Counted from the stretch's first letter, positions 38,748 through 48,298 are shown. The stretch: DNA of 64,000 nucleotides from Gemmatimonadota bacterium (GCA_041498715.1 JBGQIW010000002.1:8499-72498); one strand, 5' to 3'. Notes: a model not told the origin generated them from the sequence alone. Program-made: numbers and translations.

Positions 38748-38768
38748 AGGGTTCGAGGAAACCAAACG

Positions 38769-39602
38769 ATGAACAACGTCAAGACATTCGTGCTGATGGC
38801 CGGCCTGCTGGGATTGTTCCTGCTCGCGGGCCAGCTGCTGGGAGGATCGCAGGGCCTGCTGCTCGCCCTCGCCTTCGGCAGCCTCTTCAACTTCATAATG
38901 TATTTCTTCTCCGACAGCCTGGTGCTGCGGATGTACGGGGCACAGGTGGTCGGGCCGGACCAGGCGCCCGAGCTGTACGCCATGGTGGACCGCCTGCGGC
39001 AGCGCGCCGGGCTTCCCATGCCGAAAGTGGCGGTCGCGCAACACGAGCAGCCCAATGCGTTCGCGACGGGACGCGATCCGGAGCACGCTGTCGTGGCGGT
39101 GACGACCGGCATCCTCAAGTACATGCCGCAGGAGGAGCTCGAAGGCGTGCTGGCGCACGAGCTGGCCCACGTCAAGAACCGCGACATGCTCATCTCGACC
39201 GTCGCGGCCGGGATCGCCGGCGCCATTTCAAACCTCCCGTACCTCCTGCTGTTCGGAGGCCGAGACGACGACAACGCCCATCCCGCGGCCCGTCTGGCCC
39301 TGGCACTGCTCGGTCCCATCGGCGCGATGCTGATCCAGTTCGGGATCTCCCGCCAGCGCGAGTACGAGGCGGACCGGGTCGGCGCCGCGATCCTCGGGCG
39401 GCCGCTCCCGCTCGCGAACGCGCTCCGGCGGCTGGACACACTGGCTCACAGGATTCCCATGGACGTCGCCCCCGCCGTGGCACCGCTCGCGCAGGTCGAT
39501 CCGCTGGCCGCCACGGGCGGCGGGATGGCACGGCTGTTCAGCACCCATCCACCGATCGAGGAGCGGGTCGCCCGGCTCGAAGCGATGGCGGCGGGCCGCT
39601 AG
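38769..39602 (+). CDS. htpX: Membrane zinc protease HtpX
   Basis: 277 aa. HELAHVKNRD zinc motif, 4 TM, C-terminal FSTHPPIEERV. Confidence 0.9.
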   Translation: MNNVKTFVLMAGLLGLFLLAGQLLGGSQGLLLALAFGSLFNFIMYFFSDSLVLRMYGAQVVGPDQAPELYAMVDRLRQRAGLPMPKVAVAQHEQPNAFATGRDPEHAVVAVTTGILKYMPQEELEGVLAHELAHVKNRDMLISTVAAGIAGAISNLPYLLLFGGRDDDNAHPAARLALALLGPIGAMLIQFGISRQREYEADRVGAAILGRPLPLANALRRLDTLAHRIPMDVAPAVAPLAQVDPLAATGGGMARLFSTHPPIEERVARLEAMAAGR

Positions 39603-40532
39603 TTGGGCCAGCACGAGCCGGCCGTCTGGCTGGGCTTCTCCGCCCTGGTCGTGGTGCTGCTCACCGTCGATCTGGGCGTACTCAACCGGCGCCCCCACAC
39701 GCTCGGCCTGCGGGAGGCGCTCAAGTGGAGCGCCAGCGTGGTCGGGCTCGCCGGGCTGTTCGGTCTGTTTGTGCTCTGGCGGGAGGGGGGGCAGGCGGCG
39801 CTCGAGTACTACACCGGCTATCTCGTCGAGCTGTCGCTCAGCGTCGACAATCTCTTCGTTTTCATCCTGATCTTCGCCTACTTCGGCGTTCCTGCCGAGG
39901 CCCGCCCGCAGGTCCTCAAGTGGGGGATCCTCGGCGCTATCGTCCTGCGGTTCGTGATGATCGCGCTCGGCGCCCTGTTGCTCCAACGGTTCGAATGGAT
40001 CGTCTGGGTCTTCGGGGGAATTCTGATCGTCACCGGCATCCGCGTCTGGCAGCAGCAGGACGAGCGGATCGAGCCGGAGAAAAACCCGCTGGTTCGGTTC
40101 GCCCGGCGAGTGCTTCCTTTCGCCTCGGGATACGACCAGGCACGCTTCTCCACCAGAGCCGCGGACGGTCGCTGGCTCGCGACGCCGCTCTTGCTGGTGG
40201 TGCTCGTGGTCGAATGGTCCGACCTGGTCTTCGCAATCGACAGCATTCCCGCCGTCTTCGCCGTCACCCGCGACCCGTTCCTCGTCTTCAGCTCCAACGT
40301 GTTCGCGATTCTCGGGCTGCGCGCGCTCTTCTTCGTCGTGGCCGGCGCGATGGACCGCTTCGCCTATCTCAAGCCCGGCGTCGCCCTCATTCTCATTTTC
40401 GTCGGACTCAAGATGGCGCTGAGCTACTGGGTCCGCCTGCCGACCGGCCTCTCGCTCGGCGTGATTGTGGCGACGCTGGCGGGGTCGGTCCTGCTATCGC
40501 TCTGGCGTGGCTCCACTCGCCCGGCGCGCTGA
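39603..40532 (+). CDS. TerC-family integral membrane protein
   Basis: YLVELSLSVDNLFVF and EWSDLVFAIDSIPAV motifs. The TTG start immediately follows the htpX stop and is uncertain. Confidence 0.85.
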   Translation: MGQHEPAVWLGFSALVVVLLTVDLGVLNRRPHTLGLREALKWSASVVGLAGLFGLFVLWREGGQAALEYYTGYLVELSLSVDNLFVFILIFAYFGVPAEARPQVLKWGILGAIVLRFVMIALGALLLQRFEWIVWVFGGILIVTGIRVWQQQDERIEPEKNPLVRFARRVLPFASGYDQARFSTRAADGRWLATPLLLVVLVVEWSDLVFAIDSIPAVFAVTRDPFLVFSSNVFAILGLRALFFVVAGAMDRFAYLKPGVALILIFVGLKMALSYWVRLPTGLSLGVIVATLAGSVLLSLWRGSTRPAR

Positions 40533-40732
40533 CCGAACGGTTCCCCGCTCCGATCCGATGCCCTCCACCGAGACGGAGGCGTAGCGATCGTCGGGAGCGG
40601 CCGCCACCCCCCTAGACCACCTTGTGCTTGGTGGCGAGGGCGCTTGAGCTCAGTCCCTCCGGCCGGATCGAAGATCGAGACCGAGTGTCCCCCCTACCGC
40701 GGCCAGCCTCCCTCCGCCACCCTTCCCCCTTC

Positions 40733-42088
40733 ATGCCGACGCCGCGCCTGCTGGACCGCCTTGGGCTCCACCGTCCCGAGCTCCGCGCCTGGGCCATGTA
40801 CGACTGGGCCATCTCCGCCACGCAGGTGGGGATCGTCACCGCGATCTTCCCGATCTATTTCGTGAAGGTGGCCGGCGCCGGGCTGGGGGAGAGCCGGGCC
40901 ACCCAGTATCTGGCCACGGCCAACACGATCGCGCTCGCGTTCGTCGCGCTTCTCTCGCCGATCCTCGGTGCGGTGGCGGACTTCGTGGCGGCCAAGAAGC
41001 GCTTCCTCGCGGCCTTCATGCTGCTGGGCCTGGCCGCGATCGCCTGCATGTTCTTCATCCACACGGGCGATGTGACGCTCGCGTCGGTCCTCTTCATCCT
41101 CGCGTTGATCGGCGCGACCGGCAGTTTCGTCTTCTACGAGGCGCTCCTGCCTCACATCGCCTCGCGCGACGAGGTGGACCGCGTCTCCACCGCCGGGTAC
41201 GCCCTGGGCTACGTAGGCGGCGGCGTGCTGCTGGCGCTCAACCTGGCCTGGATCCAGCGACCCGGCTGGTTCGGATTGCCGAGCGGGACCGGACTGTCGG
41301 AGGCCGCGGCGACGCTTCCGGTGCGGCTCGCGTTCCTCTCAGTGGCGCTCTGGTGGCTGGTGTTCTCGATCCCGCTGTTCCGGCGGGTGCCGGAGCCGCC
41401 CCGTCGGCTGGAGAGCGACGAGCGACAGGGGGAGAATCCGGTCAAAGCGGCGTTCATCCGGCTGTTGGAGACGTTGCGTGAGCTTCGAAGCTTCCGGCAG
41501 GCGTCCATTTTTCTGCTGGCGTTCCTGATCTACAACGACGGCATCCAGACCATCATCAAGATGGCCACCGCCTACGGCACCGAGCTGGGCATCGGGCAAG
41601 GCGCCCTGATCACCGCGATTCTGCTGGTGCAGTTCGTCGGCATTCCATGCGCTTTTCTGTTCGGGATGCTGGCGGGGCGGATCGGAGCCAAGCGGGCGGT
41701 GTTCCTGGGCCTCCTGGTCTACACGTTCATCAGCGTGCTGGGTTACTTCATGAAGACCGCCACCCATTTCTTTCTGCTGGCGTTCCTCGTGGGAATGGTG
41801 CAAGGGGGGACGCAGGCCCTGAGCCGCTCACTCTTCGCCCGGATGACGCCGCCCCACAAGTCGGGCGAGTTCTTCGGGTTCTTCAGCGTGTTCGAGCGAT
41901 TCGCGGGGATCTTCGGGCCGCTGTTCTTCGCCGTGGCCATCCAGATCACCGGGTCGAGCCGAGTCGCCATCCTGTCGGTGATCGCCTTCTTCGCGGTAGG
42001 TGCGGCGCTGCTCACCCTGGTGGACGTGCCCGAAGGGGAGCGGGCGGCGCTGGAGGCGGAGCGGAGCGTGCAGCAACGCCCGGCGTGA
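40733..42088 (+). CDS. MFS transporter (UMF1/Atg22-like family)
   Basis: 451 aa from MPTPRLLDRL. WAMYDWAISA motif, 12 TM. Confidence 0.8.
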   Translation: MPTPRLLDRLGLHRPELRAWAMYDWAISATQVGIVTAIFPIYFVKVAGAGLGESRATQYLATANTIALAFVALLSPILGAVADFVAAKKRFLAAFMLLGLAAIACMFFIHTGDVTLASVLFILALIGATGSFVFYEALLPHIASRDEVDRVSTAGYALGYVGGGVLLALNLAWIQRPGWFGLPSGTGLSEAAATLPVRLAFLSVALWWLVFSIPLFRRVPEPPRRLESDERQGENPVKAAFIRLLETLRELRSFRQASIFLLAFLIYNDGIQTIIKMATAYGTELGIGQGALITAILLVQFVGIPCAFLFGMLAGRIGAKRAVFLGLLVYTFISVLGYFMKTATHFFLLAFLVGMVQGGTQALSRSLFARMTPPHKSGEFFGFFSVFERFAGIFGPLFFAVAIQITGSSRVAILSVIAFFAVGAALLTLVDVPEGERAALEAERSVQQRPA

Positions 42089-42293
42089 TTCCCCGGCTCT
42101 TGCCCGCGCCACCCCCTCGGCCTAGCTTACCCGACCGTATGCCTTGCGCGTCCTTCTCGAGCTGTCCGACGACCATGCGCCGGACCCCGGGCCGCACCGC
42201 ACCCAACTGCGGGCGGACGGGGCTCAAGCGTGTGCGCGGACGGCGGAGCGCGCGCGGATCGGCGTAGAGGGCATGGGTCACCCCCGTACCGGA

Positions 42294-42330
42294 AACCCCG
42301 CCGCGGCTGAGCCCGGCGGGGTTCTTTGCT
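42294..42330 (+). terminator. Terminator-like hairpin abutting the lysine-operon start codon
   Basis: AACCCCGCCG-10 nt-CGGCGGGGTT is a perfect 10-bp stem, followed by CTTTGCTC. The ATG of the M20 gene is at 42332. Confidence 0.4.
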
Positions 42331-42331
42331 C

Positions 42332-43333
42332 ATGGATCCGATCGAGCTGACCCGCGCGCTGGTCGCCCGGGAGTCCCCCACTTTCGCGGAAGCGCCGGCG
42401 ACCGACTACATCGCCGGTGTGTTGGAGCGCGCGGGCTGGCGCGTGACGCGGCAGCGGGTGACGGACGGGCGGGAGAACGTGTACGCCTACCGGGAAGCAC
42501 CCGCTCTGGTCTACTCGACCCACCTGGACTGCGTCCCTCCCTACGTGCCCTTCCGCGAGGACGACGAGTGGCTGCACGGCCGGGGCACCTGCGACGCCAA
42601 AGGCCTCGCCGCCGCGATGGTGGCGGCGGCGGAGCGCCTGGCCGAGCGCGGAGAGCGTCGCATCGGGCTCCTCTTCGTGGTGGGCGAAGAGAACGGGTCG
42701 GACGGCGCGCTGGCGGCGGCTGCCCTCGAGCCCAAGGGCCGCTTCCTCATCAACGGCGAGCCCACCGAGAACCGGCTCTCCATCGGCCAGAAGGGCTCGC
42801 TCCGGCTGGATCTCGCAGCCGAAGGGCGCGCGGCCCACTCCGCCTATCCCGAAGAAGGCCACTCCGCCATCGTGGCGTTGCTCGACACGCTGGAGCGCAT
42901 CCGCGGTCTCCCCCTGCCCAGCGATCCCCTGCTCGGCCCCTCGACGCTCAACATCGGCACCATCCAGGGCGGGGTGGCGCCCAACGTCATTCCTCCGAGC
43001 GCCAAGGCCCAAATTCACTTCCGGACCGTGGGACCGACGGGGGAGCTCAAGAACGCGGTCGATGCGGCGCTCGGTCCCGGCGTCGTCATTACGGGAGCGG
43101 CGGAGCTGCCGGCCTACAAGAGCGCCGCCCCCACCGGCTGGGACACGACGTTCGTGGCCTTCGCCAGCGACCTCCCGTTCTACGGCGCCTGGGGCCGGGG
43201 CTACCAGCTGGGCCCGGGCACCATCCGTGTGGCGCATACGGACGAAGAGCGTATCCGGAAGGCAGACCTGCTCAAGGGCGTCGACCTGTACGTAAAGCTC
43301 GCGACCGACCTGCTCGCAGAGGAGGCGACATGA
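42332..43333 (+). CDS. M20-family metallopeptidase (DapE/ArgE-like deacylase)
   Basis: HLDCVPP, GRGTCDAKG, GEENGS and AHS...E motifs. First gene of the asd-lysC-dapBAD cluster. Confidence 0.8.
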   Translation: MDPIELTRALVARESPTFAEAPATDYIAGVLERAGWRVTRQRVTDGRENVYAYREAPALVYSTHLDCVPPYVPFREDDEWLHGRGTCDAKGLAAAMVAAAERLAERGERRIGLLFVVGEENGSDGALAAAALEPKGRFLINGEPTENRLSIGQKGSLRLDLAAEGRAAHSAYPEEGHSAIVALLDTLERIRGLPLPSDPLLGPSTLNIGTIQGGVAPNVIPPSAKAQIHFRTVGPTGELKNAVDAALGPGVVITGAAELPAYKSAAPTGWDTTFVAFASDLPFYGAWGRGYQLGPGTIRVAHTDEERIRKADLLKGVDLYVKLATDLLAEEAT

Positions 43334-44382
43334 AGGCGAAGGTGCCCGTCGCCGTGCTGGGTGCCACCGGCACCGTGGGGCAGAAGTTCGTCCGGCTCCT
43401 GGCCGAGCATCCCTGGTTCGAGATCACGGCCCTCGCGGCGTCTGATGCGAGCGCCGGCAAGCCGTACGGGGAGGTGGTGCGCTGGCGGGACACGACTCCG
43501 CTCCCGGACCGGCTCGCCGGAATGACGATCTCGCGCTCGGTGCCGCCGCTCCCGGTGCGGATCGCCTTCTCCGCGCTCGACGCCGACGTCGCCCAGCCGA
43601 TCGAGCAGGCGTTCGCGAAGTGTGGGGCCTGGGTGGTCAGCAACACGCGGGTCCACCGGATGGACCCGGACGTGCCGCTGATGATCCCCGAGATCAACGC
43701 GGGGCACGTGGCGCTCGTAGACCGACAACGGGCAGCGCGGGGCTGGCCGGGGGCCATTCTGGCCAACCCCAACTGCTCGACCGCGGGGCTGGTGCTGGCC
43801 CTGGCGCCGCTCCAACAGGCGTTCGGCGTGGAGAAGGTATTCGTGACCACGATGCAGGCGGTCTCGGGCGCCGGCTATCCCGGTGTGCCGTCGCTCGACA
43901 TCCTCGGCAACGTCGTCCCGCTGATCGGAGGCGAAGAGGAGAAGATGGAGCGCGAGACCCGGAAGATCCTTGGCACACTGGCCCACGGGACGGTTGAGCC
44001 GGCCCCCATCACACTGAGCGCACAGTGCAACCGGGTCCCGACCGTGGACGGCCACCTCGAGGCGGTGTCGGTCTGACTCGGTCGGCGTGTGACCCCGGAG
44101 GAGGCGATCAGCGTGCTGAGCGGGTTCCGCGGGCCGGAAATCGTGCGCCAACTGCCCTCGTCGCCCGCGGCTCCGGTCGAGGTGGACCTCCGGCCCGACC
44201 GGCCTCAGCCGCGGCTCGACCTCGAGCGTGGGGGCGGCATGACGGTGACGGTCGGCCGGGTGCGCCCCTGCCCGCTGCTCGACCTCCGGTTCGTGCTACT
44301 GAGCCACAACAGGGTCCGCGGTGCTGCTGGAGCGGGGGTGCAGATCGCGGAGCTGTTGGTCGCTGAGGGGCACGTTGTGTGA
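43330..44382 (+). pseudogene. asd: Aspartate-semialdehyde dehydrogenase interrupted by one in-frame TGA (44074-44076)
   Basis: The 43330-44076 ORF (VAVLGATGTVGQ Rossmann motif, NPNCST active-site Cys, ...VDGHLEAVSV*) and the 44089-44382 ORF (...LLSHNRVRGAAGAGV) are in the same frame. Together they give a normal-length Asd of about 350 aa. ATGA overlap with the upstream gene. Confidence 0.8.
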
Positions 44383-44387
44383 CTAAC

Positions 44388-44448
44388 CCGCAACCACAGA
44401 GGCACCGAGGCACAGAGATTTTTCCGTGCTTTTTGGCTCTGTGATGTT
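44388..44448. repeat. Palindromic CACAGAGGCAC-type repeat element, copy 2
   Basis: CGCAACCACAGAGGCACCGAGGCACAGAG ... CTCTGTGATGTT. Shares its core with copy 1 at 9351-9422. Starts 6 nt after the asd stop. Confidence 0.6.
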
Positions 44449-44462
44449 CATTTGAGCCTGCG

Positions 44463-45812
44463 ATGATCGTCTGCAAATTCGGTGGCACGTCGGTCCAGGA
44501 CGCGCCGGCTATTCGCCGCCTCATCGGGACCATCCGCGACCGTGTGGCGGAGCGCCCGATCGTGGTCGTGTCCGCCCTCGCCGGTATCACCGACGGGCTC
44601 CTGGTCCTCGCCCGGCTCGCGGAGATGGGGGGCTCGGGGTTCCGAGACCGGCTGGCCGAGCTTCTCGACCGGCACGAGGGCATGGCGCGCGAGCTGCCCG
44701 GCGCCGAGCCGGCGATGACCTTCATCCGCGGGGACGCGGACGGGCTCGCCCGCGAGCTCGAGGCTCTGGGGGGAAGGCGCGCGTCGCCGCGGGAGCTGGA
44801 CGCGATCACCGGCCGCGGCGAGCTCTGGAGCTCCCGATTGATCACCTCGGCCCTCTGCGGTGCTGCGGTCCCGGCGGAGTGGGTGGATGTCCGGACCATC
44901 ATGGTGACGGACGATCGCTTCGGCCGAGCCACGCCGTACACGCAGGTGCTGAGCGTCCGGGCCCGCGAGCGCCTGGCACCGATGCTCGAGCGGGCAGTCG
45001 TGCCGGTGACCCAAGGCTTCATCGGCGCCACCGCCACGGGTATCCCCACGACTCTCGGCCGGGGCGGCTCGGACTTCAGCGCCTCGCTCATCGGCGCCGC
45101 CCTCCGCGCCCGGCGGGTGGAGATCTGGACCGACGTGGACGGCCTCATGACCGCCGATCCACGGGTCGTGCCCTCGGCCCGCACGCTGGGGGTTGCGAGC
45201 TACGAGGAGGCCGCCGAGCTGGCCACCTTCGGCGCGAGGGTGCTCCACCCCGCCACCGCGGTTCCGCTGGTGCACGAAGGCATCCCCATCGTGGTGCTGA
45301 ACTCGCGCCACCCCGAGCGCCGCGGCACGGTGATCGAGCCCAGCGCGGACGTCTCGCGACTGGGCGACTCGCCCATCCGCTCGATTTCGTGGAAGAGAGG
45401 CATCACGGTCATCAACATCCGGGCGCCACGCATGCTGGGCGCCTACGGCTTCCTGCGACAGTTGTTCGAGATCTTCGAGCGGCACGAGGTCGTCGTGGAT
45501 GTCCTCGCGAGCAGCGAGGTGAGCGTCTCGCTCACGATCGAGGACCCGCGCCACCTCGACCTCGTGCGCCGCGAGCTGGACGACCTCGGCGAGGTGTGGG
45601 TAGACCACGGGCGCGCGATCATCGCGGTGGTGGGGATCGGGCTCAAGACGACGCCCGGTCTGTCCGCGCGGGTGTTCGGCGCGGTCGGGCCCGCCTGCGT
45701 CGAGGTCATCTCGCAGGGCGCATCAGCGATCAACATGACGTTCACCGTGAAGGAGGAGGACGGCCCCGAGGTCGTGCGGCGTCTGCACCAGGAGTTCTTC
45801 GGCAGCTGCTGA
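44463..45812 (+). CDS. lysC: Aspartate kinase
   Basis: MIVCKFGGTSV, GRGGSD and C-terminal ACT repeats. Confidence 0.9.
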   Translation: MIVCKFGGTSVQDAPAIRRLIGTIRDRVAERPIVVVSALAGITDGLLVLARLAEMGGSGFRDRLAELLDRHEGMARELPGAEPAMTFIRGDADGLARELEALGGRRASPRELDAITGRGELWSSRLITSALCGAAVPAEWVDVRTIMVTDDRFGRATPYTQVLSVRARERLAPMLERAVVPVTQGFIGATATGIPTTLGRGGSDFSASLIGAALRARRVEIWTDVDGLMTADPRVVPSARTLGVASYEEAAELATFGARVLHPATAVPLVHEGIPIVVLNSRHPERRGTVIEPSADVSRLGDSPIRSISWKRGITVINIRAPRMLGAYGFLRQLFEIFERHEVVVDVLASSEVSVSLTIEDPRHLDLVRRELDDLGEVWVDHGRAIIAVVGIGLKTTPGLSARVFGAVGPACVEVISQGASAINMTFTVKEEDGPEVVRRLHQEFFGSC

Positions 45813-45862
45813 CCGGGAGCGATGGGCTCCCGACCCCACGAAAACCGGTTATCGTGCAACCC

Positions 45863-46561
45863 ATGCGCCTCGCGCTGGTCGGTTACGGACGGATGGGACG
45901 GGCGATCGCGGCGCTCGCCGAGACCCGCGGGCACGAGATTGCCCTGGTCGTGGACGAGGCCGAGAATCCGGCGGGACGGGCGCTCGGGCACGAGCGACTC
46001 GCGGGGGTCGACGCAGCGTTCGAGTTCACCACGCCGGCGTCGGCTCCGGCCAATCTCGTGCGACTGGCGGAGGCCGGGGTGCCGGCGGTCTGCGGCACCA
46101 CCGGGTGGGAGGCCGAGCTGCCGCGGATCTCGGCCCTGTTCCGCGAGCGCCGCTCCGCCCTGGTCCACGCCACCAACTTCTCGGTCGGGGTGCATCTTTT
46201 TCTCCGCGCGGCGCGGGAGCTGGCCCGGCGGTTCGCCGGCCACGCGGATTTCGACGCGTTCATCCTCGAGGAGCACCACGCGAAGAAGCTCGACGCTCCT
46301 TCCGGCACGGCCCTCACGCTCCAGCGCCTGGTGACCGGAGCAGACCCGGCGCGTCGTTTTCCCATCACGTCGGTCCGCGCCGGCGCGATCCCCGGCATCC
46401 ACACCCTGACGTACGACGGCGCGCACGACACTGTCAGCCTTGCCCACACCGCCCGCTCGCGCGAGGGCTTCGCGGCGGGCGCCCTGCGCGCCGCCGAGTG
46501 GCTGCCGGGACGGCTCGGGGTCTTCACGTTCGAGGATGTGCTCTTCGGAGAGGGCCAATGA
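45863..46561 (+). CDS. dapB: 4-hydroxy-tetrahydrodipicolinate reductase
   Basis: MRLALVGYGRMGR, EEHHAKKLDAPSGTA motif. Confidence 0.9.
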   Translation: MRLALVGYGRMGRAIAALAETRGHEIALVVDEAENPAGRALGHERLAGVDAAFEFTTPASAPANLVRLAEAGVPAVCGTTGWEAELPRISALFRERRSALVHATNFSVGVHLFLRAARELARRFAGHADFDAFILEEHHAKKLDAPSGTALTLQRLVTGADPARRFPITSVRAGAIPGIHTLTYDGAHDTVSLAHTARSREGFAAGALRAAEWLPGRLGVFTFEDVLFGEGQ

Positions 46562-47445
46562 GCCGGCTCCAGGGCTGCGGCACCGCGCTGGTCACGCCGT
46601 TCACCGCGTCGGGTGCCGTCGACTACGCCGCGCTCGAGAGCCTGGTGGCCTGGCAGATCGTCGAGGGGATCGACTTCCTGGTGCCCTGCGGCTCCACCGG
46701 CGAGGCCCAGACCCTGGACGAGACCGAGCGGGCGCGGGTGGTGGAAACCGTGGTGCGGGTCGCGGCGCGGCGGGTGCCGGTGATGGCGGGGGCCACGAGC
46801 AACGATACGGCCCGAGCGGTGAGCGAGACCAAACGAATGTGTGAGCTGGGCGCGGACTGGATCCTGAGCGCCACACCGTACTACAACAAGCCCACGCAGG
46901 AAGGACTCTACCGCCACTTCATGGCGGTGCTGGACACTTCGACCCGGCCGGTCTGCCTGTACAACGTCCCCGGCCGCACGGCCGTCAATCTCAAGCCCGA
47001 TACGGCGCTTCGGCTCGCCCGGCACCCCAATTGCCTCGCCATCAAGGAGGCGAGTGGTGACCTCCGCCAGGCGGTGGACCTGATCCGCGGCCGGCCTGAG
47101 GGGTTCGCCGTGCTCTCGGGCGAAGACTGGCTGGCCCTCGGCATCATCGCCTCGGGCGGGGACGGCCTGATCTCGGTCGTGTCGAACGAGGTCCCGGCCG
47201 CCGCCACGATGCTCGTGCACCTCGCGCTGTCGGGCGAGTTGGTCAACGCGCAGGCGTGCCTCCACCGGCTGTTGCCGTTGATAGACGCGAATTTCGTCGA
47301 GACCAACCCGGCACCGGTCAAGGCGGCGTTGGAGCTGATGGGCAAGATCAAGAACTCGCTCCGGCTGCCGCTCGTCCCCGTGACCGACGCCACGCGGGAA
47401 ACGCTCCGCGCCGGGCTCCGGCAGGCCGGCGTGGCGAATGTCTGA
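46558..47445 (+). CDS. dapA: 4-hydroxy-tetrahydrodipicolinate synthase
   Basis: GCGTALVTPF, GSTGE, YNVPGRT and IKEASG (Schiff-base Lys). ATGA overlap with dapB. Confidence 0.9.
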   Translation: MSRLQGCGTALVTPFTASGAVDYAALESLVAWQIVEGIDFLVPCGSTGEAQTLDETERARVVETVVRVAARRVPVMAGATSNDTARAVSETKRMCELGADWILSATPYYNKPTQEGLYRHFMAVLDTSTRPVCLYNVPGRTAVNLKPDTALRLARHPNCLAIKEASGDLRQAVDLIRGRPEGFAVLSGEDWLALGIIASGGDGLISVVSNEVPAAATMLVHLALSGELVNAQACLHRLLPLIDANFVETNPAPVKAALELMGKIKNSLRLPLVPVTDATRETLRAGLRQAGVANV

Positions 47446-48298
47446 GACGCCGCCTACCTACGTCGCGGACCTCCGCGCCGAGATCGAGCGCTACGCCGGG
47501 GGCGTCCCGCCGGGAGAGGAAGCTCGGGCGCTCGAGGTGTTTCGCGTGCTGATGGCCCGCCTCGACCGGGGCGAGGCGCGTGCCGCTGAGCGCGGCTCGG
47601 ACGGCGTCTGGCGCGCCAACGCCTGGGTGAAGAGCGGCATCCTCCTCGGCTTTCGCCTGGGCAAGCTCGCGCCCGCGGCGCCGGGCAGCCCGTTTCCGTT
47701 CATCGACAAGGACACGCTCCCGCTTCGGAAGGTCGGGCTCGATGACGGCGTGCGGATCGTGCCCGGAGGCTCCGCCATCCGCGACGGCTGCTACCTGGGC
47801 CGGGGTGTGATCTGCATGCCGCCGATGTACGTCAACGTCGGCGCCTATGTGGACGACGGCACGTTGGTGGACAGCCACGCGCTGGTCGGCAGCTGCGCCC
47901 AGATCGGCAAGCGGGTCCACCTCTCCGCGGCGGCCCAGGTCGGCGGCGTGCTGGAGCCGGCCGGCGCGCTTCCCGTGATCATCGAGGACGACGTGCTGGT
48001 GGGCGGCAACTGCGGGATCTACGAGGGTACCGTGGTGCGGGAGCGCGCAGTGCTGGCCCCCGGCGTGCTTCTGACGGGCGGGACGCCGGTGCTGGACCTG
48101 GTGCACGACCGGATCTATCGCCGCGAGGGCGAGCGGCCCCTCGAGATCCCCGCGGGCGCCGTCGTCGTTCCCGGGAGCCGGCCGGTGAGCAGCGGGGTCG
48201 GGAAGGCGCGGGGAGTGAGCCTCTACGCGCCGGTGATCGTCAAGTATCGGGACGAGAAGACGGAGACGGCGGTGAGATTGGAAGACCTCTTGCGGTAA
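47438..48298 (+). CDS. dapD: Tetrahydrodipicolinate N-acyl (succinyl) transferase
   Basis: Left-handed beta-helix hexapeptide repeats (VNVGAYVDDGTLVDSHALVGSCAQIGKRVHLSAAAQVGGVLEP) with a DapD-like N-domain. Confidence 0.85.
   Translation: MSETPPTYVADLRAEIERYAGGVPPGEEARALEVFRVLMARLDRGEARAAERGSDGVWRANAWVKSGILLGFRLGKLAPAAPGSPFPFIDKDTLPLRKVGLDDGVRIVPGGSAIRDGCYLGRGVICMPPMYVNVGAYVDDGTLVDSHALVGSCAQIGKRVHLSAAAQVGGVLEPAGALPVIIEDDVLVGGNCGIYEGTVVRERAVLAPGVLLTGGTPVLDLVHDRIYRREGERPLEIPAGAVVVPGSRPVSSGVGKARGVSLYAPVIVKYRDEKTETAVRLEDLLR

Noticed and set aside
42089-42331. Lysine riboswitch (L-box) upstream of the lysine/DAP cluster, suggested by GTAGAGGGC at about 42262.
   Set aside because: Only a short resemblance to the AGAGGCGC start of the L-box. 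There is not enough downstream sequence for the five-helix junction, and no other conserved segments were recognised.
44074-44110. Selenocysteine recoding of the in-frame TGA in asd.
   Set aside because: No convincing SECIS-like stem-loop immediately downstream; only about 5 interrupted base pairs. Asd has no known selenoprotein forms, and the column is not a catalytic Cys position.
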